Shown piece after piece: positions 35,441 to 36,357 of a stretch of DNA of 36,357 nucleotides. A model generated the notes under the pieces. The model was not told the origin of the DNA and ran no database searches. It was given only the letters and a program-made list of their open reading frames with translations. The DNA comes from Candidatus Thorarchaeota archaeon (GTDB lineage Archaea; Asgardarchaeota; Thorarchaeia; Thorarchaeales; Thorarchaeaceae), in the NCBI GenBank assembly GCA_016839445.1, contig JAEOUG010000183.1, forward strand, positions 1 through 36,357, read 5' to 3'. Position 1 is the stretch's first letter. The number at the start of each line of letters is the position of its first letter. Position numbers and translations under genes: made by a program.

Positions 35441-36357
35441 TCAGCCCCCTTGCAGTTTCATTCTCTCATCCATGATACATCTGTCCCCCTTTCGTCCTCC
35501 CATTGGAGAACCGGGTGTTCCTAGTGAGTTCATGCAGCGCGCCGCTACTGCGGCGCCCATAGCCAGACCGTCTTCGACAAAGACGAGTTGGTGGCTCTCA
35601 ACCCACAACTCCCCTGTACTGAGACGAAGTGAGTCGGTGACTCTTTCAGGCTTCCTCCCGGTGGTTACAGCTCTTCCAGTAAGCCCGAGGGATGTTTCAG
35701 GAAGGATTAGTCCGTTCTCCTCACACTTGTCGACGATGCGCTGGACTATGTCACTCTGGACTAAGTCCGCAACAGCCACAAGCAGTCCAAGCCCACCCGC
35801 CTCGAAGAGCGCCCCTCCGAGAGCCTCAAGATCTGGGATTCCAGAACCGTTCACCCCTGCATCCACGCCAATCAACGATAGGCCAGATTCCTCTGCGGCA
35901 ACGGGGTCGACAGGAACAGTCCCAAATCGAGAGCAGTCACTTGGAATCTCCATGACTCGGACTATTCTGCGGGCACGCTCAAGCCAGCCGTCATCAATCT
36001 CCTCCGTATGCTCCTTTGGCAGACGCAAGTCCAAGAAGCACCCGAATTGCCCTTTCACCAAACCAGAGCCTCTGGCAAGAGCATCGGGAATGGCACCAGC
36101 CAACCCCGCAAACGATCCGATTGTCTTCGCATATGGGAAGTCATTGTTTGTTACACGTCCAGCCAACGTCGTACCGAAGTCCAGAGAGATGAGGGGATTC
36201 CTTAGGTCAATCTCTGTGACCTTGGCCGCACCCTTCAGACCTGCGGTAACAAGCTCACCCTCCATCTCATTTGCTACGACGCTTGTGTTCGACGGAGGGA
36301 GCACAGATGCAATGGCGCCATCAAAGCAGACCTTCTTGAGCCAAGTGAATTCCCTCA
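35441..36357 (-). CDS. Methanogenesis marker protein 14 (DUF2114) homolog, 5'-truncated by the window end
   Basis: FDGA..SVLPP...VVANEMEGELVTAG, RNPLISLDFGTTLAGR, GLAGAIPDA, GLTGRA, DGLAMGAAVAARCMNSLGTP..GG...CI. The frame stays open from 36304 to the window end (REFTWLKKVCFDGAIASV). Confidence 0.82.
   Translation of the reverse strand, partial: REFTWLKKVCFDGAIASVLPPSNTSVVANEMEGELVTAGLKGAAKVTEIDLRNPLISLDFGTTLAGRVTNNDFPYAKTIGSFAGLAGAIPDALARGSGLVKGQFGCFLDLRLPKEHTEEIDDGWLERARRIVRVMEIPSDCSRFGTVPVDPVAAEESGLSLIGVDAGVNGSGIPDLEALGGALFEAGGLGLLVAVADLVQSDIVQRIVDKCEENGLILPETSLGLTGRAVTTGRKPERVTDSLRLSTGELWVESHQLVFVEDGLAMGAAVAARCMNSLGTPGSPMGGRKGDRCIMDERMKLQGG

Noticed and set aside
34655-36357. Assigning the window to a methanogen because of marker 14, cofE and NrdH-type RNR
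   Set aside because: Rab-like GTPases, Roadblock and the EF-2 paralog point to Asgard archaea; no mcr or mtr genes are in the window.
1-36357. CRISPR arrays, IS elements, integrases, prophage genes
   Set aside because: No regularly spaced repeats, transposase or integrase motifs, or viral hallmark genes were seen.

Overview
Gene-dense archaeal chromosomal window, almost certainly from an Asgard archaeon and probably Thorarchaeia. This placement is inferred from two Rab-like GTPases, a Roadblock protein, WD40, TPR and HEAT proteins, a divergent EF-2 paralog and a tandem-wHTH regulator. About 34 credible CDSs were found, and no tRNA, rRNA, CRISPR array or transposase was seen. The left half is metabolic: a Cache-HAMP sensor coupled to speA, larE, a peptidase, an ADH, a tusA-dsrE-iscS-iscU cluster, alkA, pfkB, a Cys/Met lyase, nrdH-nrdD and thyA. 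The most striking part is 21958-30337, a block of eukaryote-like and signalling genes. It holds a TPR-like solenoid, two single-domain KaiC ATPases, a KaiB-resembling CxxC thioredoxin, a Roadblock protein, Rab #1, a WD40 propeller, a HEAT protein with a beta-COP/adaptin-like appendage, and Rab #2. Together these suggest a proto-coatomer/GTPase locus next to a redox-sensing KaiBC-like module. The right end has PolB2 with its small partner, larC, cofE and a partial methanogenesis marker 14 gene. All family calls come from motifs recognised by eye; no searches were run.
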